Shown: one piece after another, positions 36,338 through 45,238 of the stretch | How the letters are laid out: the number at the start of each line of letters is the position of its first letter | How positions within the stretch are numbered: position 1 is the first letter of the stretch | From: a virus | Lineage: Duplodnaviria; Caudoviricetes | IMG/VR virus record: IMGVR_UViG_3300049222_000815 | Span: 1-61,231 of that record | Length of the DNA: 61,231 nucleotides | Reading direction: 5' to 3' (one strand) | Notes under the pieces: model-generated | The model's input: only the letters and a program-made list of their open reading frames with translations | Told to the model about the DNA's origin: nothing | The model's database searches: none | Made by a program: the position numbers and the translations under genes

Positions 36338-36928
36338 TTAAGCTGCATCAGGGCAGTGGTTTAATGTAATATCTGGCAATTCATCAGATGTTGGTTTATG
36401 ACCATTCAACTCCCAATTGCTAGAATTACCAAAAACTGTCACTGGTATTTTAGATATAATTGTATCACCCTGAATAGAAACTACTGGATCTCCATCTTCG
36501 CCTACAATTACGCTGTGAACTGGAGCAGACCAAGAACCCTGTATATCTATGCCGTTTCTAGGTTTAGAAACACCAATACCAAGCTTATCAAAACAAAGTT
36601 CTCCGCCGATATTTTTATCAAAAAAATTTAAAGAAGACATAGAATAAAATGTCCCTTCTTCTTGATTATATTCTAATCCGAACTTTTCGCTATTTTTACC
36701 TTCATGGTTGACTGTTATATATTTTTTATCTTTAAATTTTGTTTTTTTTGGTGATAATAAATCTTTAGTAAAAGCATTGTCGTTATCAGTTTCACTGAAA
36801 ACTAAAAGCTCAAAACCTTTTTCAAGATAATCGGAAATTTCTCTATTATACTGCTTATCGTTAAGAAATTTAATTTCATCAATTTTAATAGAATTTAAAT
36901 ATTCAGGAATGCTTAATATTTTTTTCAC
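36338..36928 (-). CDS. hypothetical protein with a fibre-like motif
   Basis: 'KLGIGVSKPRNGIDIQG' resembles the VGIGT.xP..LDV.G beta-repeat of fibre proteins. Confidence 0.5.
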   Translation of the reverse strand: MKKILSIPEYLNSIKIDEIKFLNDKQYNREISDYLEKGFELLVFSETDNDNAFTKDLLSPKKTKFKDKKYITVNHEGKNSEKFGLEYNQEEGTFYSMSSLNFFDKNIGGELCFDKLGIGVSKPRNGIDIQGSWSAPVHSVIVGEDGDPVVSIQGDTIISKIPVTVFGNSSNWELNGHKPTSDELPDITLNHCPDAA

Positions 36929-36936
36929 TACTTTTT

Positions 36937-37092
36937 CTATGTTTGCTTTATCACTGTTTGAGTTATTACTCCACCTTTTAACATTGGTAAGGAGTTTGAT
37001 GTTTGAGCTTGCTTGTCCGCATTAGCAATTTTTGAAATGGTGAAGCCGTTAGGGTTAACGTGTGGCTCGGTATTTTGTATTACTTCTGACAT
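36937..37092 (-). CDS. small hypothetical protein, 51 aa (not in ORF track)
   Basis: MSEVIQNTEPHVNPNGFTISK...; GTGTAA motif 17 nt upstream. Confidence 0.5.
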   Translation of the reverse strand: MSEVIQNTEPHVNPNGFTISKIANADKQAQTSNSLPMLKGGVITQTVIKQT

Positions 37093-37110
37093 GATGTTAT
37101 ATATTACACA

Positions 37111-38235
37111 TTAACTTAATATTTGTATGGTAGTGCTACTATTTAAATTTGTCAATGTGTCATTGATAGTTAAATAGGTTATTGGATTATGGCTAAACGA
37201 ATCATATAAATGCCATTTGTTATTATATAGCTTAATATACGCAGCACTCTGGCTCCAAGGAGAAGGTAGTAATGAGTCTTTTACGAAAGCTTGTGCGCCG
37301 TGACTCCAGCTGTATGCACCAAGATAATCATTAGTATCATTAAGGTCATGGGTAGTAGCTAAGAAATAAGGGTTTTGAAAAGAGGTGTAATTGCCAGCAA
37401 TATCTAAAATAGGTGTACTACTTAAATCACTAAAGAGAGTCCAATTGTTGTTAACCCATTTAATGTAATAACCATTACTAGAATTAAATTGATCATTAGC
37501 AAAATGAGTATATGTAGTATTATAATCTTCTGTTGTAGCTATCCTTGATAGGCTTCCATCTGGATTTGTTACTGAATTATATGTAACTAATGAGAATCTA
37601 GTATGAAACCGAATTGGTAAAAAAGGACTGAAAGATATTGAAGAAACATTAATTTGCAATGCTGGTGGAACATAAAGATTTGAAGACAATGTTGAGGTTG
37701 GAGTAATTGTTATGCTTGGAGTATTTGTGACAGTTGGCGTTACTGTTGGAGTATTTGTAATAGTTGGTGTTACTGTTGGAGTATTTGTAATAGTTGGTGT
37801 TACTGTTGGGGTTATACTTATTGTTGGAGTCACACTTTGACTGGGAAATACAAGAGGTATTGGATCGGGGGCTGGGGCTGCTGGGGGACTAGATGACGGA
37901 GTTGTTGTGGGAGTTATTGTTGAACTAGGTGTAATTGTTGGAGTGACGCTAGGACATGGAAACATTAAACCTTCAGTAATGGCATCAATAGATTCAAGAG
38001 ATCTAACATCATCATAAACTATAGCTTTATAGTTATATCTAACATTGCAATAATTAACTTGATCGAATCCGCTTACTGCAACGGGGTCACCTTGTACGTC
38101 TGCTGAAATGGTGTCTATTAGGTTGTAATCTCCACTCTCCGAACCAGAAACTTCTTGCCTGTAAATTTCATACTTTACAGCAAGATTAGGGTGTGTATTT
38201 TTATGTAAAAAGCTGTAATATATTTTATAAGACAT
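37111..38235 (-). CDS. Thr/Pro-rich mucin-like protein
   Basis: N-terminal Ig/FN3-like 'KYEIYRQ...YNLIDTI...YNYKAIVYD', about 90 aa of TPT(V/I)T(N/P) repeats, aromatic-rich C-domain. Confidence 0.75.
   Translation of the reverse strand: MSYKIYYSFLHKNTHPNLAVKYEIYRQEVSGSESGDYNLIDTISADVQGDPVAVSGFDQVNYCNVRYNYKAIVYDDVRSLESIDAITEGLMFPCPSVTPTITPSSTITPTTTPSSSPPAAPAPDPIPLVFPSQSVTPTISITPTVTPTITNTPTVTPTITNTPTVTPTVTNTPSITITPTSTLSSNLYVPPALQINVSSISFSPFLPIRFHTRFSLVTYNSVTNPDGSLSRIATTEDYNTTYTHFANDQFNSSNGYYIKWVNNNWTLFSDLSSTPILDIAGNYTSFQNPYFLATTHDLNDTNDYLGAYSWSHGAQAFVKDSLLPSPWSQSAAYIKLYNNKWHLYDSFSHNPITYLTINDTLTNLNSSTTIQILS
37711..37830. repeat. 30-bp tandem repeat x4 encoding TPTITNTPTV
   Basis: TACTGTTGGAGTATTTGTAATAGTTGGTGT perfect at 37741 and 37771, degenerate at 37711 and 37801. 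Confidence 0.9.
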
Positions 38236-38296
38236 AATGTTTTAGCAATCAATCTATGGTTGCTAATATATTACACTTTTTTTAAAGATAATTTAA

Positions 38297-39310
38297 TTAA
38301 AAATCATCATCCAGGGAGCCGCTTTGTTGGTATTCTCTGACTCTTCTTTCAAAGAAATTACCCATAGCTTGAACATCAACCACCTCGCCCAACCAAGGAA
38401 AAGGATTTTTATCACTAGGAAATCTGTAGTCCAAACCAATAGCTTCAAGCCTCCTATTACCAATATAATGCATGTAATCAACAAACATTTCAGCATTTAA
38501 ACCCAATATTCCCGTAGGAAGTACATCATGAGCATATTCAATTTCAAGTTCTACTGCTTTTTTGATATGTTCTACGAATTCATTTTGTATGGACTTAGTC
38601 CAAATACTTGGATTTTGCTCAATTAAAGTATTAATTAGGTATGTGCCGAATGCAATATGGGAGCTTTCGTCCCTTAATGTATACTTAATTTGATCAGATA
38701 TTCCTTGTAATTTATTCTGTCTACCTAGAGCGAGAAGCATTGCGAATCCGCTGAAGAAAAATGTACCTTCACATACAATCCAATATGTCAAAAAGTTTCT
38801 CAATATCTCTTGTTTGCCCTCTTTATTGTGAGGGTTGAAATCTTGCCTACTAATATCGTTGGTTATACTCATTAAGAAATCATCTTTAGCTTTAATGCTA
38901 GGAATGTTTTCATATGCAGCAAAAACTTCTTCAATATCCAAATCCAAACTGTCACATATATAAACTACTGTAAGATTGTGAAGGCTTTCTTCAAAGGCTT
39001 GACGCAAAATATATTGACGGCATTCAGCATCTGTAATATACTTAAAAGCACTAAGCAAAAGATTGTTGCCGACCAAAGACTCACTGCCAGCAAAAAATCC
39101 CAAGCAACGCTTGACAAGTAGCTTTTCATCTTCTGTAATTTCATTATTTTTCCATTGTTTTATGTCGTTTTGCATGCTAATTTCTGTAGGCATCCAATTG
39201 TTGGCACAGCTCTTGAGAAATAAATCCCATGCATATTTATGTTTGTGGGGTAAAATTCTATTTACTCCAGCGATATTTTTTGTTAAAAGTTCTCCAGTTT
39301 TGTTGTCCAT
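38297..39310 (-). CDS. nrdB: ribonucleotide reductase small subunit, class Ic (Mn/Fe) type
   Basis: ligands E77, E108, H111, E181, E215, H218; Val115 at the radical-Tyr site; 'NFFERRVREY'. Confidence 0.93.
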   Translation of the reverse strand: MDNKTGELLTKNIAGVNRILPHKHKYAWDLFLKSCANNWMPTEISMQNDIKQWKNNEITEDEKLLVKRCLGFFAGSESLVGNNLLLSAFKYITDAECRQYILRQAFEESLHNLTVVYICDSLDLDIEEVFAAYENIPSIKAKDDFLMSITNDISRQDFNPHNKEGKQEILRNFLTYWIVCEGTFFFSGFAMLLALGRQNKLQGISDQIKYTLRDESSHIAFGTYLINTLIEQNPSIWTKSIQNEFVEHIKKAVELEIEYAHDVLPTGILGLNAEMFVDYMHYIGNRRLEAIGLDYRFPSDKNPFPWLGEVVDVQAMGNFFERRVREYQQSGSLDDDF

Positions 39311-39341
39311 ATTAGTATTGTATAACGAAATGTATTAGATA

Positions 39342-39381
39342 TAAGATCAATTATCTTAGCACACAAAATAAATTATGTCAA
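39342..39381 (-). promoter_or_regulatory. sigma70 promoter of nrdB, -10 within an inverted repeat
   Basis: TTGACA-N17-TAAGAT; inverted repeat TAAGAT-N5-ATCTTA. Confidence 0.75.
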
Positions 39382-40436
39382 GAATTATCTATTTTACACA
39401 TTATTTTTTTAAAATCTTGTACATCTACAATAATATTTTTGCGTTTATTTTCAATTTCATTTAGCTCATGGTTTTTGCAGATTAAGTATCCATATTTTAA
39501 GTTTAAAATATTGCAAATGTTCCAATATAGAATTGTAAAATAATCTTCATTAAATATTTCAATTACTTTGGTGTTTGGCTGACAAAAACTTAGGTTAGCT
39601 AAAGATGCTCCATGCGGAGCAACAATATGGGATGCAGAGTTAAAAAATTTAGCTTGACGAGATATTGACATGCGGCTAGTGTCAATTTTTTTGTAGCCTT
39701 TGTTTTTCAAAATACTCCAAAGTTCTCGCTCATTTAATATACTCCTACCTACTGCAGGATATCTGGGTATATATAATTTAAGGTTTTGTCTATAATTCTT
39801 TTTAAGGAAGGTCTGCTTTAAAAAATCTAATGACCACTTCGTTAAATAAATATGTCTATTTGGTCTGGAGGGAATAATTAAATTTTTAAATTTGTATACT
39901 TGAGATTCTTCTTGCTGCATGCATTTAGAAAGAGGTACTCGCAATTTATCTAAACTCTCTCTTACAAAGTTGCCAGTAATTTTAGGAATCAAAATATTAG
40001 AAATATCTCTCCAGTTTAAATTAAAGTCTTGCAAGAGCTTAATTCTTGGTAGTATTTGACATAACCAATGAAAATAATTAAAACCAGAATCTAAAGACAA
40101 AAGCACGCATAAGTCATTGTAAGTTGATGTCGAACTCACTGGTAAGTCGAATTGGTATGAAGTTGAAATGTCTTCAAATTTAATTTTATCTTTAATCGCA
40201 GAAATAGAACCAGATTGATTATGTGAGTGTATTTCAATATCACTAACTAAAGCAACAAATGGGTCGTCGTGTTTATATGATTTTACTTTATTAATATAAT
40301 TATTAAAATCAATATTAGAATTGTTATCTATGCTGATTGGCTGTGTGGAAAACTTAACCCCCAGTTCTGACTGGGGCAGTTTGGAGATAGAATCTTTCCA
40401 ATCTGTATTAACGTTGATATAATCTGACAATTTCAT
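39378..40436 (-). CDS. glycosyltransferase family 61 (DUF563)
   Basis: 'NYFHWL..ILPR', 'LYIPR...RSILNE', 'Q..FF..A..IVAPHGASLANL.F...TKVIEI'. Confidence 0.88.
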   Translation of the reverse strand: MKLSDYINVNTDWKDSISKLPQSELGVKFSTQPISIDNNSNIDFNNYINKVKSYKHDDPFVALVSDIEIHSHNQSGSISAIKDKIKFEDISTSYQFDLPVSSTSTYNDLCVLLSLDSGFNYFHWLCQILPRIKLLQDFNLNWRDISNILIPKITGNFVRESLDKLRVPLSKCMQQEESQVYKFKNLIIPSRPNRHIYLTKWSLDFLKQTFLKKNYRQNLKLYIPRYPAVGRSILNERELWSILKNKGYKKIDTSRMSISRQAKFFNSASHIVAPHGASLANLSFCQPNTKVIEIFNEDYFTILYWNICNILNLKYGYLICKNHELNEIENKRKNIIVDVQDFKKIMCKIDNS

Positions 40437-42064
40437 AAACGATTAATTTTTTTAGAAAGCCAATGAAGTATGTTTGAGTGACTTGGTTGATGATAAACTT
40501 TACTTTCTAAGGGTTCTGATTTGTTAAATCTATAAAGTAGAGAGGAGTCTTCAAGAATGTTAACAGTATTTAAATATTGCCTATCATTAGGAGTAGAAAT
40601 ATTCATTTGTTTTATTTTATTTAAAACTTCATAATTAATTGTATCATGTTCGTTTTGGTAAATATTCCAGTGTGGAGTTGTTGCAAAGAAATCATCCCTT
40701 AGTTTGCCAAAACATAAATTAAGTTTAGATAAATTTAAATTAATTTTATTTAAATAATCTTTTAATACTATTTCTGGATTCCATACATATTTATTATAAT
40801 AACTACTCCATGTTAAATGATTTTGATCATTGTGAAAATCTTGATACCATTCTTGAGTAAAGTAGTCATATATAGACATTCTTTTGCAGGCGTTACTAAA
40901 GTTGGATATAAAAAACCTATCATTGAGTCCATTGAGATGGTTGTCATGACTTGCCGAATAGTAATTATTATTATCTAATAAATTAATATTATCTAATGAA
41001 TTGAAATAGTACAAATCTGGGCGACACCAAATAACCCAATCATAGTCATAGTTTTGATTTAGTGATTTTTCTTGCATTATATTTAAGCAAGATTTCATAG
41101 AACTCCATTGAAGCAAATTACCTTTAACCCCATTGATTTGAAATGCCATATTAATATCAAACTTAAGAAATTCAGAGACATCTGGGTCCGATTCAAACTT
41201 AACAGTGAATTCATTACAATAGCTCTCTAAAGACTTTAATGTAATAATATTTTTGTAAGTTTTACTTGCAGAAGGGAAATGACCAATAAAGTCAGGTTTG
41301 TTTGGTAAACTTTTAATTATTCTGGTAATTAAAGATATTGATGCAAATTCAAAATTACGCAAAAGAGAAGATGTGCATATTAGGATTTTGGGATTTTTGG
41401 TTTTGTATTTATTGAGTTTTAAGGAAGCGGTTTTATTTTTTACAAAATCTAATTGTTTTATTTTGTTTTGAATACCTATACACCAATTTGCGTGATGCAA
41501 GATAATTTCTTTAGGTATAGTTAAGTTGTTGATAGATTCATATTTAAATCCTGGATTCCAAAAATGTTTTCTGTCTAAGTATTTCCATTTAAAATTGATT
41601 TTTGATTCACTTAATAATAAATTATTAATTTCTACTTGTTCTCCACTGCCAGATTTTTTGTTTTTTAGGTTTATTAGAACTAATTCCATAAACTTAATTA
41701 GATCAAGAGAGCATCTGCAGACAAAAAAACCAGAACAGATATCAGGTTTATCATCTGAATTTTTTTGAAAAGCTATGTCATAACCTTTAATTTCTGAAAG
41801 TAGAATGCTTTTACTGCCTTCAAAGAATTGGACATCTACATCTGAACAAACTATAATCTTACCTAAATTCTCTTTCATCGCGGAAATCCACCATTGAACT
41901 TTTTTTGTTTGAGTCTCAATCCAACCTGCATCTGCAAAAAGACCCGTTTTACATACTTGTTTTGATTTTTTTTCTATAATATTAAACTCAGAATTAGCAC
42001 TAGGATAAAAGTATTTCTCAAATAGTAATTTATGAGATTTTGAGTAGAAACAATACAAATTCAT
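40433..42064 (-). CDS. two-domain glycosyltransferase (nucleotide-diphospho-sugar transferase plus RPD-motif domain)
   Basis: 'SDVDVQF', 'ICSGFF', 'HHANW'; second domain 'YDWVIWCRPDL...NDRF'. Confidence 0.72.
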   Translation of the reverse strand: MNLYCFYSKSHKLLFEKYFYPSANSEFNIIEKKSKQVCKTGLFADAGWIETQTKKVQWWISAMKENLGKIIVCSDVDVQFFEGSKSILLSEIKGYDIAFQKNSDDKPDICSGFFVCRCSLDLIKFMELVLINLKNKKSGSGEQVEINNLLLSESKINFKWKYLDRKHFWNPGFKYESINNLTIPKEIILHHANWCIGIQNKIKQLDFVKNKTASLKLNKYKTKNPKILICTSSLLRNFEFASISLITRIIKSLPNKPDFIGHFPSASKTYKNIITLKSLESYCNEFTVKFESDPDVSEFLKFDINMAFQINGVKGNLLQWSSMKSCLNIMQEKSLNQNYDYDWVIWCRPDLYYFNSLDNINLLDNNNYYSASHDNHLNGLNDRFFISNFSNACKRMSIYDYFTQEWYQDFHNDQNHLTWSSYYNKYVWNPEIVLKDYLNKINLNLSKLNLCFGKLRDDFFATTPHWNIYQNEHDTINYEVLNKIKQMNISTPNDRQYLNTVNILEDSSLLYRFNKSEPLESKVYHQPSHSNILHWLSKKINRL

Positions 42065-42080
42065 GTGTAATATATTTTAC

Positions 42081-42275
42081 ATGATAGTAACTTTACAGTT
42101 AAAATTTTATAAAGTAATATTAAGAAATCTAGTTCTGTTAAGTATATTAAATAATATATTTAAATCATTTTTAAAAAATGTATTAAATGCTATCAGGATA
42201 GGTAGAGGACTAAGTAAATTCAATAAATTAATTATGCGAGGAGACTCGTCAGCTACGTGCGTTCCTGATTATTGA
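42081..42275 (+). CDS. small hypothetical protein
   Basis: fills the intergenic gap; GTGTAA 16 nt upstream of ATG 42081. Confidence 0.35.
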   Translation: MIVTLQLKFYKVILRNLVLLSILNNIFKSFLKNVLNAIRIGRGLSKFNKLIMRGDSSATCVPDY

Positions 42276-43213
42276 TTTAAAAACCAATTAGAAAACCAAG
42301 ATTTATTATCTTCGTTTCTAGATTTTAGGTAAAGAAAAACATACTTATCTAACATTGAGTTTCTAGATTCTAAAACACCAAGATCATTATAGTATAGATC
42401 TTTATTTGGATTAAATGAACTTTTATGTAAATATTTATATCTGTTAGAGTAATTTCTATTTCGTATAGATCCGTGATCTAAAGATGTTGCAAGTTGGTTA
42501 ACGTAAGAAATCTTACCGTCAATTAATTTACCCCACTTACTTGACCAATTTAAGAAGTTAACATAATGGCTGTCTGTACTTAATAACTTAACTGGGTGAT
42601 GACGCATTAATAAATTAATATCATACATACCGTTAAAAGAGCCAAGCCACAATAAACTATCTCCACCTCCAATGATAGAGGTATCGTATAAATTACAATC
42701 GTATAGCACTTCTGATCTAGCAGCCCAACCATAACCCATTGAGTAAGACTCATTAATAGGAAGTATATTTCCAGCATTTAACCAATAATATACACAGCCC
42801 AATTTTGAAATAGGATTAACTGTAGAGAAATAACTATCAGAGCTAGAAAATAATTGACATAAATTATTAGATTGTAAATGCATGATTGTTTTTTTTGGCC
42901 AATCTGTATCGCTGAAAATTATATCTGAATCAAGCCAAGCTATATTCTCATAGCCCTCGCATAATAAAATATCAATTCCAATATTAAGTAAATTTTCTTT
43001 ACGCCACAAGCAACCTTTAGCTCTAACCTTAAATGTATTGAAGTGATCGGGCAGCGATAAATAATTATCATGCCTCAAAAGCTCAACAATTTGTATGTTG
43101 GTAGTTTGAGAACGTAGATGAGAATAAAACTTAAGAAAATTCTTGAATTTGCTTTTATATCCACACGGATTAAAATAACAACATGTAATTCCTAAACCTT
43201 TGTCTTGTGGCAT
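42269..43213 (-). CDS. putative GT-A glycosyltransferase
   Basis: 'YFNP', 'LWRKENLLNIG', DxD 'AWLDSDI', 'IGGGD'. Confidence 0.65.
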   Translation of the reverse strand: MPQDKGLGITCCYFNPCGYKSKFKNFLKFYSHLRSQTTNIQIVELLRHDNYLSLPDHFNTFKVRAKGCLWRKENLLNIGIDILLCEGYENIAWLDSDIIFSDTDWPKKTIMHLQSNNLCQLFSSSDSYFSTVNPISKLGCVYYWLNAGNILPINESYSMGYGWAARSEVLYDCNLYDTSIIGGGDSLLWLGSFNGMYDINLLMRHHPVKLLSTDSHYVNFLNWSSKWGKLIDGKISYVNQLATSLDHGSIRNRNYSNRYKYLHKSSFNPNKDLYYNDLGVLESRNSMLDKYVFLYLKSRNEDNKSWFSNWFLNQ

Positions 43214-43247
43214 AGCATAAATATGCTATACTATAAAGCAATAATTT

Positions 43248-43493
43248 CTACTTTTTATACATGTACTTGAATTTATTATACCAATAATGAGAACTTTGGC
43301 GTAATGATTCATTGGACTGCCTTACATATTCAAGCATAGAGTCTGCTAGTATTAGCTTTTGATCTACAAATGTAGAAGTAGTTTCATCTCTAGCTTCCTT
43401 TAGTATTTCTTGAATGAAATCTATATAAGGGCATGTGTTAGTAGGAATTTCTGGAGCTTCTTCAACATATTTTTGGATAGTTTTTTTTCTCAT
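43248..43493 (-). CDS. hypothetical protein
   Basis: 81 aa, 'APEIPTNTCPYID'; GTGTAA upstream. Confidence 0.65.
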   Translation of the reverse strand: MRKKTIQKYVEEAPEIPTNTCPYIDFIQEILKEARDETTSTFVDQKLILADSMLEYVRQSNESLRQSSHYWYNKFKYMYKK

Positions 43494-43537
43494 TAAAATA
43501 ATTTACACTTAAACATGTAATTTTTATGAGATGATTT

Positions 43538-44251
43538 TTATGCTAACCCAAAGTTTTTAAATAAAAAGTTTTTATCGACTTGCACAATAGGCCCTCGCAT
43601 TTGATTATCTAGATTATCACCATGTACAACTTGAGCCCAAATAGGAATATTTGTTTTTATTGATTCAGAAGGAACGTCGTGATGTATAATCCCGTATGGA
43701 GTTTGGGGGTCGTCTAGTGTAGATTTTCTACTAACGAAAGGACCTTTAGGAAACCTAAAATAGGTTGTGTGATTATGATTTGAATGGTTAATACAAATCC
43801 CTTCAGAAAAAGTTATCCAATCCCTAGTACCTAATAGCTCTTTAACTAAAAGATTATAGTCTCTACCAACCATGTCGTCATTATCCGCTCTACTAACTAA
43901 TAAAATATTACTATTATTTTTTCGTTTAAATTTATATCTATCAATAATTAAATTTAAGGTAGATTTATCAGGCAGGTTTTCTTTATTATATATAAAGTTT
44001 AAAAAATAATATTTAGACTCTAAATCTAAAAATTTTTCTTTATATTTTTTGGGAGTACTAGAATCGCACAAAAGAAAAACATGAAAATCTTTATCGCTCT
44101 GATTGAATAAAGATGGAAGAAAGTATTGCTCGAATAGTTTACATCTTTTATCCATCCAGCAATTATCGCCTTTGTATAGATCTAGAACGTTCTGAGCCTT
44201 AGGCTCAAAGCGTTGCTTGTTGAATTGAGAGACTATTAAATGATTATCAAT
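43538..44251 (-). CDS. putative rhamnosyltransferase-like GT-A protein
   Basis: 'HLIVSQFN...WMDKR..LFE...LPSL.NQ.DKDF', 'SRADNDD', 'QVVHGDN'; frame open upstream of ATG 44155 to ATT 44251. Confidence 0.7.
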   Translation of the reverse strand: MDNHLIVSQFNKQRFEPKAQNVLDLYKGDNCWMDKRCKLFEQYFLPSLFNQSDKDFHVFLLCDSSTPKKYKEKFLDLESKYYFLNFIYNKENLPDKSTLNLIIDRYKFKRKNNSNILLVSRADNDDMVGRDYNLLVKELLGTRDWITFSEGICINHSNHNHTTYFRFPKGPFVSRKSTLDDPQTPYGIIHHDVPSESIKTNIPIWAQVVHGDNLDNQMRGPIVQVDKNFLFKNFGLA

Positions 44252-44299
44252 AACTTATATTGTATTAATAAATCAAATTATCTACTTTTTATTTTAATA

Positions 44300-45238
44300 T
44301 TATGATCTTAAAGTTTTATTTTGAAGCCTGTAAACGAAATCATTATATGTATCCTTGATGCCTTTTCTTAGTGATATTTTAGGCTTCCATTTTAAATCAT
44401 CCATTAAACTAACATCTAAACGTTTAACTGGGGTGCCATCAGGCATATCCGAATTATAGTGAATGTCGCCTTCAAATTCGACAACTTCTTTTATAATTAA
44501 AGCTAAATCTGAAATAAAAATATCAGAACCCGTTCCGATATTAATTATATCGGGTAAATCTTCTATACCTAACAAAAACAAAATAGCATTTGATAAGTCA
44601 TCCGCATGTAGAAATTCTCTTCTAGCTTTTCCAGTTCCCCATATTTCAACTGAGTCAAGATTGGACTCTTTAGCTTCATGAAACTTACGAATTAAAGCAG
44701 GTAAAACATGAGAATTTTTTAAATTATAATTATCATTATAACCATAAAGATTTGTTGGCATTAATGAATGATAATATCGACCAAATTGACTGCGGTAATG
44801 CCTACACATTTCTAAGCCAGTAATTTTAGCTAAAGCATATGCTTCATTAGTTTTTTCAAGTGGGCCAGTCAATAAGTAATCTTCTTTTAATGGTTGAAGA
44901 GAGTCTCTTGGGTATATGCAAGAACTGCCCAAATTGATTAATCTTGAAATATCATGCTGGTGGCACAATTCAATTAAATTAATATTAATGAAAAGATTAT
45001 CTCTAATAAAATCTGCTGGATATGTTTTATTGGCTAGTATACCGCCAACTTTTGCCGCACAATTGATAACAATATCTGGATTGTGCTTTTTTAAAAAACA
45101 ATTCAAACTGCTAATATCACATAAATTAACTTCAGAACGCGATGTTGGAATGGGTGTATATAGAGGTGAGTTTGATAGTGCGAAAAATACCGAAGAGCCT
45201 ACCATTCCATTACTACCGCAAACTAAAACTTTTTTCAT
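44300..45238 (-). CDS. fcl: GDP-L-fucose synthase
   Basis: 'GSNGMVGS', 'AAKVGGI', 'GSSCIYP', 'YALAK', 'WGTGKARREFLH'. Confidence 0.96.
   Translation of the reverse strand: MKKVLVCGSNGMVGSSVFFALSNSPLYTPIPTSRSEVNLCDISSLNCFLKKHNPDIVINCAAKVGGILANKTYPADFIRDNLFININLIELCHQHDISRLINLGSSCIYPRDSLQPLKEDYLLTGPLEKTNEAYALAKITGLEMCRHYRSQFGRYYHSLMPTNLYGYNDNYNLKNSHVLPALIRKFHEAKESNLDSVEIWGTGKARREFLHADDLSNAILFLLGIEDLPDIINIGTGSDIFISDLALIIKEVVEFEGDIHYNSDMPDGTPVKRLDVSLMDDLKWKPKISLRKGIKDTYNDFVYRLQNKTLRS

Noticed and set aside
37711-37830. 30-bp repeats as a CRISPR array
   Set aside because: Head-to-tail with no spacers, in frame within a Thr/Pro-rich CDS
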